A stretch of 64,000 nucleotides of DNA from an uncultured bacterium (GTDB lineage Bacteria > Patescibacteriota > Minisyncoccia > UBA6257 > 2-01-FULL-56-20), in the NCBI GenBank assembly GCA_963719425.1, contig OY970382.1, positions 135,888 to 199,887 on the forward strand. The letters run 5' to 3'. How positions within the stretch are numbered: position 1 is the stretch's first letter; the number at the start of each line of letters is the position of its first letter. This document shows, one piece after another, positions 55,391 to 64,000 of the stretch. The notes under the pieces were generated by a model, which made no database searches, was not told the DNA's origin, and saw nothing but the letters and a program-made list of their open reading frames with translations. The position numbers and the translations under genes are program-made.

Positions 55391-56514
55391 CTGACGAACC
55401 GTTCTACGATGTCGGTCTTGTAATCAAGATGCAGGCGACTTGCGTGCTCTGCGTCTTCCACTGCCTGCTCAATGAGATCGGAAATCTGTTGTTTGAAGGG
55501 GACCCCGCTCGCTTCCCAAAGGTGGAACGCCATGGAGCCCGGGATGGGGTTCAATTCCGTAAGGTAGAGTTTGCGGTCGCTCGTGTACATGAAGTCCGCC
55601 CGGATCATGCCTTTGCCGCGGCATGCGACGAACGCCTTCTTCGCCAGTTCCTGTATTTTTTGCTTCAGATTGTCGTCAATTTTTGCGGGAAGCTCGCGAT
55701 TCTGCGACGCCATGCCTCCTTGCGTCTTTTTTCCTCCGCGCTCGTATTTGTCCGCGAAGCTCAAGATTTCCTCTTTTGAAAGGGGCCGTTCCACTTCGCT
55801 CGCCTCAATATTGCCGTGCAGGAGCCGCACCGCGCAGTTGTATTCCACGAAAGAAGACAAGCATTTTTCCACAAGGATCTCCTTGTCCGTCAGAGCCGCT
55901 TCAAGGAGGAATTTTTCCAGCTCCACCTCCGTGCGGGCAATTTTGATGCCGATGCTCGAACCGAGATGTGCGGGCTTCACGATAACGGGAAGGCCAAGGC
56001 GGTCAGTAATTTTTTTTGCGCACTGCTCGGAGCCCGCTTTGATCTCGGACGAAAAAAGATCCATCCCCGGCACGACGTCAATGCCGGCCCTACTCGCCGT
56101 CTCCTTCGTGAGTTCCTTGTTCATCATGATGACCGATGCTTCTTGGCCAGGGGAGGTGAAGGGGATGCCCACGGCTTCAAGCAGCCCTTGCACGGGGCCG
56201 GATTCCCCTTGTCCGCCGTGCAACGCGAGATATGCGGCGTAGGGATAGATCTTCCGCACCGCAAGCCCTTTTATTTTTATAAAACCGCCGTTTGCATCTC
56301 TGCCAAACGTAAAGGCCTTCCGCGCCGCAGTGAGAAACTTGCGGCGATCCCGAAGGCCGGGGATGCAGAGGAATTTCCCCGCCTTATCTATGTACACCGC
56401 AAGCGGTTCATACGCGCTCCTATCAACATTTTCCAGTGCTTGAAGGCCCGTCACGACCGAGACCTCGTGCTCCGCCGATATGCCGCCGAAGACCATGAGA
56501 ATGCACCGTTTCAT
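55384..56514 (-). CDS. ddl: D-alanine--D-alanine ligase
   Basis: ATP-grasp. N-terminal MVFGGISAEHEVSVVTG. 376 aa. Confidence 0.8.
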   Translation of the reverse strand: MKRCILMVFGGISAEHEVSVVTGLQALENVDRSAYEPLAVYIDKAGKFLCIPGLRDRRKFLTAARKAFTFGRDANGGFIKIKGLAVRKIYPYAAYLALHGGQGESGPVQGLLEAVGIPFTSPGQEASVIMMNKELTKETASRAGIDVVPGMDLFSSEIKAGSEQCAKKITDRLGLPVIVKPAHLGSSIGIKIARTEVELEKFLLEAALTDKEILVEKCLSSFVEYNCAVRLLHGNIEASEVERPLSKEEILSFADKYERGGKKTQGGMASQNRELPAKIDDNLKQKIQELAKKAFVACRGKGMIRADFMYTSDRKLYLTELNPIPGSMAFHLWEASGVPFKQQISDLIEQAVEDAEHASRLHLDYKTDIVERFVSQ

Positions 56515-56551
56515 GCTTTCAGTGTAACGCAGAAAGATTTATACTGAAAGC

Positions 56552-57526
56552 ATGATGCTGGATGACATAAAAAATTATGCGCAGCAGTTCGCATATGAAC
56601 CGAAGGTGGAAAATGCGGCGAAATTGAAGCGGAAGTCCGCCAAGTTCTTGGTGGTAGGCATGGGCGGTTCACACCTTTCGGCAGATATTATAAAGGCGTG
56701 GCACCCGGGGTTGGATATCGTGGTTTGGTCAAATTACGGCCTCCCGCCGCTCCACGAGAAGGATCTCAAAGACCGGCTCGTCATTGCAAGTTCATATTCT
56801 GGCAATACCGAAGAAGTGATTGACGCCCTTAATGTGGCGCGGGCGAAGCGCCTCCGGGTGGCCGCGATCGCCTCGCGCGGGAAGTTGATCGCGCTTGCGC
56901 AGAAGTTCAAGCTGCCCTACGTGCAGGTCCCCGATTTTCACGCGCAGCCGCGGATGACCACGGGGCTCATGCTCATGGGGACGCTCGCACTTATAGGAGA
57001 GAAGACCTGGCTCTGGGAAGCGCGGGAACTTGCGACTATGTTGCATCCGGTACGAGAAGAGTATCGCGGCCGCGAGCTTGCGAAGCGGCTGCACGGAGCG
57101 GTGCCGGTGATCTACGCCTCGCTTCGCAACGCTACGATCGCGTATAACTGGAAGATAAGGTTCAATGAAACGGGGAAAATTCCCGCATTTTGCAATGTGG
57201 TTCCCGAAATGAACCATAACGAAATGACGGGTTTTGACGTGAAAGAGCGCACCGCGCCGCTTTCGCGCCATTTTCACTTTGTATTCCTGAAAGACGGCGG
57301 CGACGACTGGCGCATCACAAAGCGCATGAGCATCTTGGAGAAGCTCTACAAAGACCGCGGCCTCAAGGTGGAGGTCGTCCTCCTTCAAGGTAAGAACGAG
57401 CTCCATAAGATATTCACCGCGCTCAACCTCGCCGACTGGACGGCATACTACGAGGCAAAGCTCTACGGCAGTGAACCCAACGAGATACCGATGGTGGAGG
57501 AACTCAAAAAGCTCATCGGGCGGTAG
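56552..57526 (+). CDS. pgi: bifunctional phosphoglucose/phosphomannose isomerase (SIS-domain, archaeal-type PGI/PMI)
   Basis: VVGMGGSHLSADI and SYSGNTEE motifs. Confidence 0.7.
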   Translation: MMLDDIKNYAQQFAYEPKVENAAKLKRKSAKFLVVGMGGSHLSADIIKAWHPGLDIVVWSNYGLPPLHEKDLKDRLVIASSYSGNTEEVIDALNVARAKRLRVAAIASRGKLIALAQKFKLPYVQVPDFHAQPRMTTGLMLMGTLALIGEKTWLWEARELATMLHPVREEYRGRELAKRLHGAVPVIYASLRNATIAYNWKIRFNETGKIPAFCNVVPEMNHNEMTGFDVKERTAPLSRHFHFVFLKDGGDDWRITKRMSILEKLYKDRGLKVEVVLLQGKNELHKIFTALNLADWTAYYEAKLYGSEPNEIPMVEELKKLIGR

Positions 57527-57711
57527 GGAGATCGGGAATCCGGATGTCTCTGCATATTTTCCTTGTGAGAAATGCTCTGATTTCTGAATGCCTTGGCAAC
57601 TGCGGTAATGCTTTTGTTTGCAGGATTGTAGTAAATAGAATGTTGTCCTCCTTCGCGGATTGAATGACAGCCATGCCGTTCAAGGTGGCGTACGAGATCT
57701 CGGCGCTTCAT
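57463..57711 (-). CDS. hicA: HicA-like toxin (YcfA/HicA family) with unusual C-terminal tail
   Basis: MKRRDLVRHLERHGCHSIREGGQHSIYYNPANKSITAVA resembles HicA dsRBD-like fold. Tail overlaps pgi 3' end convergently. Confidence 0.5.
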   Translation of the reverse strand: MKRRDLVRHLERHGCHSIREGGQHSIYYNPANKSITAVAKAFRNQSISHKENMQRHPDSRSPYRPMSFLSSSTIGISLGSLP

Positions 57712-57717
57712 AGCGCG

Positions 57718-58011
57718 TTATTTTACCGTGATGAGGAATTTCTCGCGCCGCAGACCGCGCGTTTTTGAAGATGCCATCTTTTTGTTTTCCTCAAGGATCA
57801 GCGTGAGCGCTTCACGGAGGTTTTCCTTCGCCTCCTTCATGGTGCGTCCCTGAGTGTGCGCTCCCGGCACTTCCTCAATCCAGGCAATGATCCAACGCCC
57901 CTCTTTTTTATATACCGCCGTGTATTCCCGCTTTGGCATACTTTGAATATACGGCAGGCCGACCTTGTTTTCGATTGCCATCGTCATGGGAATATTATAC
58001 TCACCGAACAT
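57718..58011 (-). CDS. hicB: HicB-like antitoxin (UPF0150 family)
   Basis: YTAVYKKEGRWIIAWIEEVPGAHTQGRTMKEAKENLREALTLILEEN pattern. Confidence 0.55.
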   Translation of the reverse strand: MFGEYNIPMTMAIENKVGLPYIQSMPKREYTAVYKKEGRWIIAWIEEVPGAHTQGRTMKEAKENLREALTLILEENKKMASSKTRGLRREKFLITVK

Positions 58012-58105
58012 TAAATAATTATTAACTGCAAATTTCTTTTAATAAAAATTTAATCTTTATTTTCAACTATTAACATCACAACGGGAAATCTATCCAAAAG
58101 CGGTT

Positions 58106-58136
58106 GGCCGTCTGGTACGAAGTTGGAACTGCCTTA
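58106..58136. repeat. 31-nt repeat, copy 2 (GGCCGTCTGGTACGAAGTTGGAACTGCCTTA)
   Basis: 29/31 identity with 19675-19705. Marks left edge of AT-rich islet. Confidence 0.6.
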
Positions 58137-58180
58137 GTAGCTTCTTTGATGGGTTGCTAAAATGGCACCTTTATTAGATA

Positions 58181-59134
58181 ATGACAATAACCAATATGGA
58201 GGAAAGACATACCGAGATTAGTGATAAATCCAAAGGCGTTCATTATTCTTATACATTAACGGCCATATCAGCGTTCATATTTGGCGTTATCGCGATTTTA
58301 CTTTTTAACAATTACGCGTCTGCAGAGAAAATCAGTTTTTCTACGGTGGGCATAATAAACTTAGTTTTTTCAATTGGGCTGTCCACTGCCTCGATAGTTC
58401 TGGCAATAACAGCAATAGTTTTGAGCAAGAAATCAGAACAGACGATCATGCAAAGAAATGATGATGGAATAAAATATCAAAGCGAAATATTCAACAAAAC
58501 CATCGATGTTCTAAGTAAAATAGAGACCTCCACGGGTATCAGCGAAAAAAGAATCGAGGATATAACACGGGAAATCAAATCCATTGAAAGAAGCAAGCCT
58601 GGCCCCAAGTCGAAAGACGATCAAGTTAAAGAAGCTTTACGAAGAGCATTACATTCTCATCCTGAAAAGAGCGACATCCGTAGCAAAAAAGTTCCTGATA
58701 AGCAGGAAGAATTTACAAAGAGCGTAATGGAAACTCTTAGCCAAATTCGTGGCGTGAGTTTGGTTAGAGTCAGTAGTGGCGACTTCGACGAATCAGGAGA
58801 GGAAATGGTTGACGGGATTTTTTCTATGGCTGGCCAAAGATTTTCCGTTAGTACCTTCTATTTTTATGGGCCAGCGAAAATCGCCAATTTTGCAGATTCA
58901 GATACATACAAGCAATATTTTCTTAACCTTGCATCCGAGATATCAAAAAATACTTTTGAAAAATCTTTCTTAGTGTTCAATAAAGATGTGGATAATGACG
59001 AAGAGTTTAAAAATCTCTTTAATAGCACCTTGAATATTTTAGACAAAAAAATAGCCCCCAAAATTGTTTTAGCATCAGGTTCTTTGGAAAACATCAAAAA
59101 GGTAATCGCTCAAGTATTGGGCGTAAGAGTTTAA
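58181..59134 (+). CDS. hypothetical two-TM membrane protein with charged cytoplasmic domain
   Basis: 317 aa, AT-rich, TM helices ISAFIFGVIAILLF and LVFSIGLSTASIVLAITAIVL. No family recognised. Confidence 0.5.
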   Translation: MTITNMEERHTEISDKSKGVHYSYTLTAISAFIFGVIAILLFNNYASAEKISFSTVGIINLVFSIGLSTASIVLAITAIVLSKKSEQTIMQRNDDGIKYQSEIFNKTIDVLSKIETSTGISEKRIEDITREIKSIERSKPGPKSKDDQVKEALRRALHSHPEKSDIRSKKVPDKQEEFTKSVMETLSQIRGVSLVRVSSGDFDESGEEMVDGIFSMAGQRFSVSTFYFYGPAKIANFADSDTYKQYFLNLASEISKNTFEKSFLVFNKDVDNDEEFKNLFNSTLNILDKKIAPKIVLASGSLENIKKVIAQVLGVRV

Positions 59135-59338
59135 TTTTTTAGGACTCAGCAGTTTGGAAGAGGGATCAGGCCATATCACATCACAAAATCGTTCGAACGT
59201 CGTCCAGGCTTACGCACTAAGGAAATTATGAAATTTAAGAATAACTTTTAGTAGTCATTGTTGGGCTCGGTGTTGCTGCGTATATCGCAGTCAAAACTAA
59301 TCCAAAACTGGTGGAATACAACTGACGTGTTATATTTT

Positions 59339-59375
59339 GTTAACCATTGACGTGATAGGTTAACATAAGTTAATT
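59339..59375 (+). promoter_or_regulatory. promoter with palindromic operator upstream of excisionase-like HTH gene
   Basis: GTTAACC ... GGTTAAC inverted repeat flanking TTGACG (-35). 17-nt spacer. TTAATT (-10) 8 nt before ATG 59384. Confidence 0.45.
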
Positions 59376-59383
59376 TATTTGTT

Positions 59384-59638
59384 ATGGAAAAAACTTTGTT
59401 CTCTGCGGGAGAGGCCGCAAAGATTTTGGGGATAAGTCGGATTGCGGTGTTCAAGAAGATAAAATCCGGCAAGATAAAAGCTGTCAAAGTGGGATGCAAC
59501 TTTGTGATTCAAAAGAAAGCCCTTGCGGAAACATTGGGCGAGAGTATCGGGGAAGATAAAAAGCGCGAGATAGAGAAGGTGGTGAACAGGGCTGTGAGGG
59601 AATACAAAGAAGTTTTTAGGCAATTGGGCAAGGAATGA
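59384..59638 (+). CDS. excisionase-family helix-turn-helix DNA-binding protein
   Basis: GEAAKILGISRIAVFKKIKSGKIKAVKVGCNFVIQKKAL matches MerR-like excisionase/HTH_17 domain. Confidence 0.6.
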   Translation: MEKTLFSAGEAAKILGISRIAVFKKIKSGKIKAVKVGCNFVIQKKALAETLGESIGEDKKREIEKVVNRAVREYKEVFRQLGKE

Positions 59639-59681
59639 GGATACAATTTCTGATTTTTTTGCTATCATTTGGTATGTTCCT

Positions 59682-60392
59682 ATGATTCAGTTTTCCCACC
59701 TCACGAAGACCTACAAGAAGCGGAACGTAGTGGACGATTTTTCGCTCGCGGTGGACGTGCCTATTTTTGGGTTTCTGGGCCAGAACGGGGCAGGGAAGAC
59801 GACGGTCATGAAAATGATCGTGGGATTGCTCCGGCCGACTGCGGGGGCGATCATACTGGACGGGAAGGCCTCGTGCGATGTGGCCTCAAAGCGGCGGATG
59901 GGGTATATGCCGGAGACGCCATATTTCTACGAACGGATGACGGGGTTGGAATTCATGCGTTTTTGCGATGAGCTTGTGGGCGCGCACAAGGGAAATCGCA
60001 CGGCGCACTACGAGACGCTCCTCAAGCGGACGGGCATCTACGAGGCGCGGAATGCGGAAGTGCGGACATATTCAAAGGGCATGCGCCAGCGGCTTGGCTT
60101 TGCGCAGGCATTGGTCGGCGATCCGGAATATCTTTTTTTGGACGAGCCGTTGGACGGGCTTGACCCTCTCGGCCGGCGCGAGATGAAAGAGGTCATGCGT
60201 GAGCTCAAAAAAGAGGGGAGAAAGATCTTTTTGAACACGCACATCCTCTACGACGTGGAGGAGGTGTGCGACGAGATGGGCGTGATCCACGAGGGGAGGC
60301 TGCTCTATGCGGGGCCCGTGAAAAAGTTCTGCGCGGGAAAACCGCTTGAGGAGCGCTTTGTGGAGGTTGTTGCCGCGCAAGAAAAAGCATGA
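59682..60392 (+). CDS. ABC transporter ATP-binding protein
   Basis: Walker A GQNGAGKTT. Signature YSKGMRQRLGFA. Walker B LFLDEPLDGLD. Confidence 0.8.
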   Translation: MIQFSHLTKTYKKRNVVDDFSLAVDVPIFGFLGQNGAGKTTVMKMIVGLLRPTAGAIILDGKASCDVASKRRMGYMPETPYFYERMTGLEFMRFCDELVGAHKGNRTAHYETLLKRTGIYEARNAEVRTYSKGMRQRLGFAQALVGDPEYLFLDEPLDGLDPLGRREMKEVMRELKKEGRKIFLNTHILYDVEEVCDEMGVIHEGRLLYAGPVKKFCAGKPLEERFVEVVAAQEKA

Positions 60393-61153
60393 GGAACATC
60401 TTCGTCGTCGCAAAAAATACGTTCAAGCTTGAGCTCCGCGACAAGATACTCTACGGCATCATCGTGTTTGCCCTGCTTTATATCTTCTTTGAACTTTTCC
60501 TCGCGGATCTTGTGCTTAAGGAGCTCCCGATGGTGAAAAGCTTCGGTCTTACCGGCATCTATTTCTTCAACGCGATCATTGCGCTTTTCTTGGGCACCAC
60601 GTCGTTCTTTAAGGACGTGGACCGCAAGGTGGTCTATTTCATCCTTTCAAAGCCGGTCTCGCGGGCGCAGTTCCTGCTCGGCAAGTTCTTCGGGCTCTGC
60701 GCGGTGCTCCTGCTCACCACCGCCATCCTCGGCGTTGCGTACCTCGGCCTCATTGCCTATAATCACGGCGGGTTTGATGCGCTGGGCCTCGTCGCCATCC
60801 TCATGCAATACCTTGAAATGGCGCTCTTCATCGCCTTCGCGCTTTTCGTTTCCACGTTCTCCAGTTCGCTGCTCTCCATCGTGTACACGTCCGCCGTGTT
60901 CTTCCTTGGCCACGTCGTAAGCTCGCTCGTTGCCGATGCGCAACAAATCGGAATATCGGGTATACAATACCGTCTTGTCCAGGTGTTCTATTACGTATTC
61001 CCGAACCTTGAAAAGTTTGACGTCCGCGCGCTCGCCATCCACGACGTCGCGACACCCTTCTTTTCTTTCGCTCTTGCGGTGGCCTATGCGCTCGCCTACA
61101 TCATTCTTCTCCTCGCGGCTTCCGTGTGGATTTTCAACCGAAAGGAAATTTGA
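60389..61153 (+). CDS. ABC-2 type transporter permease
   Basis: 254 aa, 6 TM. Overlaps ABC ATPase stop by 4 nt. Confidence 0.65.
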   Translation: MRNIFVVAKNTFKLELRDKILYGIIVFALLYIFFELFLADLVLKELPMVKSFGLTGIYFFNAIIALFLGTTSFFKDVDRKVVYFILSKPVSRAQFLLGKFFGLCAVLLLTTAILGVAYLGLIAYNHGGFDALGLVAILMQYLEMALFIAFALFVSTFSSSLLSIVYTSAVFFLGHVVSSLVADAQQIGISGIQYRLVQVFYYVFPNLEKFDVRALAIHDVATPFFSFALAVAYALAYIILLLAASVWIFNRKEI

Positions 61154-61155
61154 CC

Positions 61156-62025
61156 ATGCGATCGCTCTCAACCGGCGCGGTTCCCAAAACGCTCTTTCTG
61201 CTTTTCATGCTCGGCTTGGTGGTGGTTGCCCAATATGCGTATGATGCGACGCGCTTCGCGCCTCCCGCCGCGATTTCCGGGACATCCTCGCCCGAGATGG
61301 TGCGGATGGTGGATATGGGGTTCCATGCGGCAGTGGGGTCATTCCTCTGGGCTGGGACGATGCCGGAGATTTTGGATTTTTTCCATGGGCACGCGGAGTA
61401 TTTCCCGGACCTCGCTTATCTGAATGGCGTTGATCCCAAGCTGAGCTATCCCTATGCGTTCTCGGTGCTTACGCTTCCGGCGATACCGAGACAGTTGCTT
61501 CCCGATGCCGTGCAGCGGGCGCAGGCGATAGGGCGGGAAGGCATCGCGAACGCCGACCCCGATTGGCGCATCCCGTACTACATGGCACTCAATTATTATC
61601 TGGAACTCAAGGATCTGAAAGATGCCACATGGTATTTCAATGTGGCCGCCAATACCCAGGGGGTTCCTTCGTACGCCGAGCGCTTCGCGTTGAACTTCGG
61701 TATCAACCAAAAAGAGCGTGATCGCGTGCGGAACCTTTGGGCAACGGTGTACGAAAGCACGAACGATCCCGAGACAAAAGCCCGCGCGGCAGCGTACGTG
61801 GAGCGGCTGAACGATTTTGATTATCTTGAGGCGGCGGCGGCGGCGTATAAGCAAAAATACGGCGCGTATCCCACGTCCACCGATGAACTCGTCGCGAAAG
61901 GAATCATCCCTGCGGTGCCGCAGGACCCATTCGGATTCACGTTTACGATTGACGGTCAAACCGGCGTCGCGGGGATAGACCTCACGAAACTGCCGGCGTA
62001 CATCACCGCCCTGCCGTCGCAATAA
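61156..62025 (+). CDS. hypothetical secreted/membrane-anchored protein
   Basis: N-terminal hydrophobic helix TLFLLFMLGLVVVAQ. Downstream of ABC-2 permease. ORF track begins at TTG 61126. Confidence 0.45.
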   Translation: MRSLSTGAVPKTLFLLFMLGLVVVAQYAYDATRFAPPAAISGTSSPEMVRMVDMGFHAAVGSFLWAGTMPEILDFFHGHAEYFPDLAYLNGVDPKLSYPYAFSVLTLPAIPRQLLPDAVQRAQAIGREGIANADPDWRIPYYMALNYYLELKDLKDATWYFNVAANTQGVPSYAERFALNFGINQKERDRVRNLWATVYESTNDPETKARAAAYVERLNDFDYLEAAAAAYKQKYGAYPTSTDELVAKGIIPAVPQDPFGFTFTIDGQTGVAGIDLTKLPAYITALPSQ

Positions 62026-62875
62026 ATCTCTTCACTGCATTCGCGACGCGCTCTTCTTTCCCTTTGAAGCCGTGGCGCGCACGCGGAACGATGATAATCT
62101 TGCTCCGTTTTGATTTGATGTTTTTTCTGAACCATTCCGCCATCCCCCGTGCGGGCCGATCAGCATATTCGTCGTTCCCCGCAAAAACGACAAGCAACGG
62201 GATTTTTATTTTCCGGAGCGTCCGGGGGATTTTTTTTGGTTGTGCGTAGGAGAAAATCTCTTCCTTGCTGTCCGGTGTGTTCAAGCTCAAAAATCGTTGC
62301 GCGTCACGGAGGTCGGGCCAGATGGCTACGGGGAGGAGTTCGTGGGGTTTCTTTTGTTGTGCAAGCTTTGCGGCGTATGCCTGCGCTCGCTTGAATTTTC
62401 TTGGCGTGGTGAATTTCTTATTGCTCGCGTAGTCGCTCACGGGGCAGAGGAGTACCGCCCCCGCAATCTTTCTCTGATTATTTTTTCGGCTGAGGTAGTG
62501 CGCGATCTTTTGCGAGCCGGTGGAGTGGCCAACCAGGTAAATTTTTTTAACTTTCTTCCTGCGGAGCAGGCGTATGACCCCTTCCAGATCGTCGGCGCAT
62601 TCAGTGAATACCTCGTGCGCCGCACCCGCCATTTTCCGTTGGCCGTTTGTTTTTCTTATTTTCGTCACTGTGTCGTGACCGCGGTTATTGAAAAAAATGG
62701 TGGCGGTATTTTCGGACGCGAGCGGGACAAGAAAATCATGGTGAGCGAATACTGTTGCATCAAGGCCGTGCACGAACACAATTGCCCTCCGCGGATGGTT
62801 ACCGCCGAACCAGAGGCCGCCCAGAAGATATTTCTTCGGCGTGACGATCGCGATCGGCAGGCACCTTTTTTCCAT
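62003..62875 (-). CDS. alpha/beta-fold hydrolase
   Basis: Nucleophile elbow VGHSTGS. 290 aa. Confidence 0.6.
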   Translation of the reverse strand: MEKRCLPIAIVTPKKYLLGGLWFGGNHPRRAIVFVHGLDATVFAHHDFLVPLASENTATIFFNNRGHDTVTKIRKTNGQRKMAGAAHEVFTECADDLEGVIRLLRRKKVKKIYLVGHSTGSQKIAHYLSRKNNQRKIAGAVLLCPVSDYASNKKFTTPRKFKRAQAYAAKLAQQKKPHELLPVAIWPDLRDAQRFLSLNTPDSKEEIFSYAQPKKIPRTLRKIKIPLLVVFAGNDEYADRPARGMAEWFRKNIKSKRSKIIIVPRARHGFKGKEERVANAVKRFIATAGR

Positions 62876-62939
62876 ATAAAAATCTTACGGCATGCCCTGT
62901 GGATTGACAAACCCGCGCTCCCGCCCCATACTGGAAGTA

Positions 62940-63059
62940 ATGACAGTATTTGGACAAGAAGTTTTGACACTCTCCCTGGGCCTTCTCCTTGGGCTTTTGC
63001 TTATCCTTTCAACAAAAAGGCGGGGAAGTGTCGTATATGAAAAAATAAAGAAAAAGTAG
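62940..63059 (+). CDS. small hydrophobic peptide (39 aa) with own promoter-like and terminator signals
   Basis: MTVFGQEVLTLSLGLLLGLLLILSTKRRGSVVYEKIKKK. TTGACA at about 62903. GGAAG SD. Terminator at 63090-63113. Confidence 0.35.
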   Translation: MTVFGQEVLTLSLGLLLGLLLILSTKRRGSVVYEKIKKK

Positions 63060-63089
63060 AGAAAAAGAACCAAACTATAGACACCGAAA

Positions 63090-63113
63090 CCTCCCCGCCA
63101 AGGGAGGTTTTTT
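63090..63113 (+). terminator. rho-independent terminator
   Basis: CCTCCCCGCCAAGGGAGG hairpin followed by TTTTTT. Confidence 0.7.
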
Positions 63114-63216
63114 GATCATCCGGTCTGAAAATTGGTTGCTACCAATTTTCAGGCCAGAGGGAAGAGCCGCTGGTCTGAAATTAGCCCTTCACAATTTCAA
63201 TAGTGAGGAGAATGCC

Positions 63217-63372
63217 ATGGATAGCAAGCCGTCGTCCAGAGTGAAAAGGGTGAAGAAAAAGAAACAAAAGCCCTTTGATCATGAGAAAGGCGATCCCATT
63301 CTAAAAGGAGAGGGATCCTACCCATTACCCCCTCCGCGTGATAACAGGAATATCCATATTCGGGCTGGCTAG
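63217..63372 (+). CDS. small basic ORF with strong Shine-Dalgarno (hypothetical)
   Basis: GAGGAG 6 nt before ATG. 51 aa Lys-rich (MDSKPSSRVKRVKKKKQKPFDHEKG...). Confidence 0.3.
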   Translation: MDSKPSSRVKRVKKKKQKPFDHEKGDPILKGEGSYPLPPPRDNRNIHIRAG

Positions 63373-63436
63373 GCCGGTAGTTGTTGGCGGAGACCAAAGT
63401 GCTTCCGCCCCCAGCACTCTAAGGAAGGAGGAGAAC

Positions 63437-63607
63437 ATGAACAATAGAAAGCAGGAAGCGGGCTCGCATCCCGAGGCGTTGCAGAAAGTTGGGGAATCTC
63501 CGGTGTTTATCTTGACGGTCCCGGATGATAAGGGAACAATCGCTGGTCCCGGTCGTCGGCCGGAGGATGACTCTCGCACTTCTACGGATTTGTGGGCCGC
63601 TTACTAA
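63437..63607 (+). CDS. small ORF with strong Shine-Dalgarno (hypothetical)
   Basis: AAGGAGGAG 6 nt before ATG. 56 aa. Confidence 0.3.
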   Translation: MNNRKQEAGSHPEALQKVGESPVFILTVPDDKGTIAGPGRRPEDDSRTSTDLWAAY

Positions 63608-63630
63608 AGCCGGCCGACACCGATATCTAC

Positions 63631-63656
63631 GGGCGGGAACTGCGAAGTTCCCGCCC
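63631..63656. terminator. GC-rich hairpin, possible bidirectional terminator
   Basis: GGGCGGGAAC-TGCGAA-GTTCCCGCCC between convergent ORFs. Confidence 0.4.
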
Positions 63657-63672
63657 TAGCCATTTTTATATT

Positions 63673-63999
63673 CTAGTTCTGTGTATTCGGCGTTCCGCTT
63701 ACGGCCGGCGGAAGCGCATTGCCACCCTGTACGCGGAGCATGCCGGGGACTTGCATTGGCACCGGCGCAGGGGGCGGATAAACATCCGGTGCGGTTGTGA
63801 TACTCGTCACTTGCGAGAGGGCGTTCTGCAGGCGGTTAAGGAGGCCGGTGAGTTGTAATAAGGCACCGGGTTGGACAATGTTTTGTACGGTGATGTCGCG
63901 GTTGTCGTTCGTATGAATAATGAACGATCCGTCGCCGTTCACCTGCGTAACGGTGCCGCTGTAGGTCTGGGGCGTTGCGGGGATGGAAAGGTCGCGCAC
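63673..63999 (-). CDS. 3' portion of a hypothetical Pro-rich protein (ORF reaches the window edge)
   Basis: ORF track: 108 aa on the minus strand abutting coordinate 63999. A 5' continuation beyond the window was not checked against an in-frame Met inside it. No family recognised. Confidence 0.3.
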   Translation of the reverse strand: MRDLSIPATPQTYSGTVTQVNGDGSFIIHTNDNRDITVQNIVQPGALLQLTGLLNRLQNALSQVTSITTAPDVYPPPAPVPMQVPGMLRVQGGNALPPAVSGTPNTQN

Positions 64000-64000
64000 G

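Overview
Overview: a GC-rich bacterial chromosomal segment carrying dense core genes, with several accessory insertions. Core genes include a complete F1Fo ATP synthase operon (atpBEFHAGDC), pgk, aspS, prfA, prfB, ftsEX, ddl with a MurF-like ligase, pgi, a zwf-gnd fusion, rnpB (RNase P RNA), rpmE, five tRNA genes, a mgtA/mgtC pair, and a two-component module (two stand-alone receivers plus a cytoplasmic histidine kinase). Secreted low-complexity proteins, single-domain response regulators and start codons sitting very close to -10 boxes are compatible with a small-genome Patescibacteria-like organism. That lineage call is inference only.

Accessory content that stands out:
- An AT-rich island at about 14.6-19.7 kb, lying between rnpB and a pnuC-like gene. 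It encodes a membrane-anchored P-loop NTPase (about 1055 aa) with eight 38-aa tandem repeats, a 64-aa two-TM protein and a 337-aa membrane/coiled-coil protein. It is bounded on the right by repeat scars and a tRNA T-arm fragment. This is a candidate undescribed defence-like system.
- An undescribed family of large, extremely Cys-rich proteins with bipartite zinc-ribbon modules. One copy is at 5.8 kb and a tandem pair at 44.3-47.9 kb.
- A second AT-rich islet at 57.4-59.6 kb with hicAB, a membrane protein and an excisionase-like HTH gene.
- Smaller oddities: an RF1 lacking domain 1, the canonical programmed +1 frameshift in prfB, a 30-bp perfect inverted repeat overlapping the prfA 3' end, a zwf-gnd gene fusion, and an AttH-like gene frameshifted at an A8 run.

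Coordinates of RNA genes and small motifs were indexed by eye and may be off by 1-2 nt. CDS coordinates are anchored to the supplied ORF track, with start codons re-chosen where noted.
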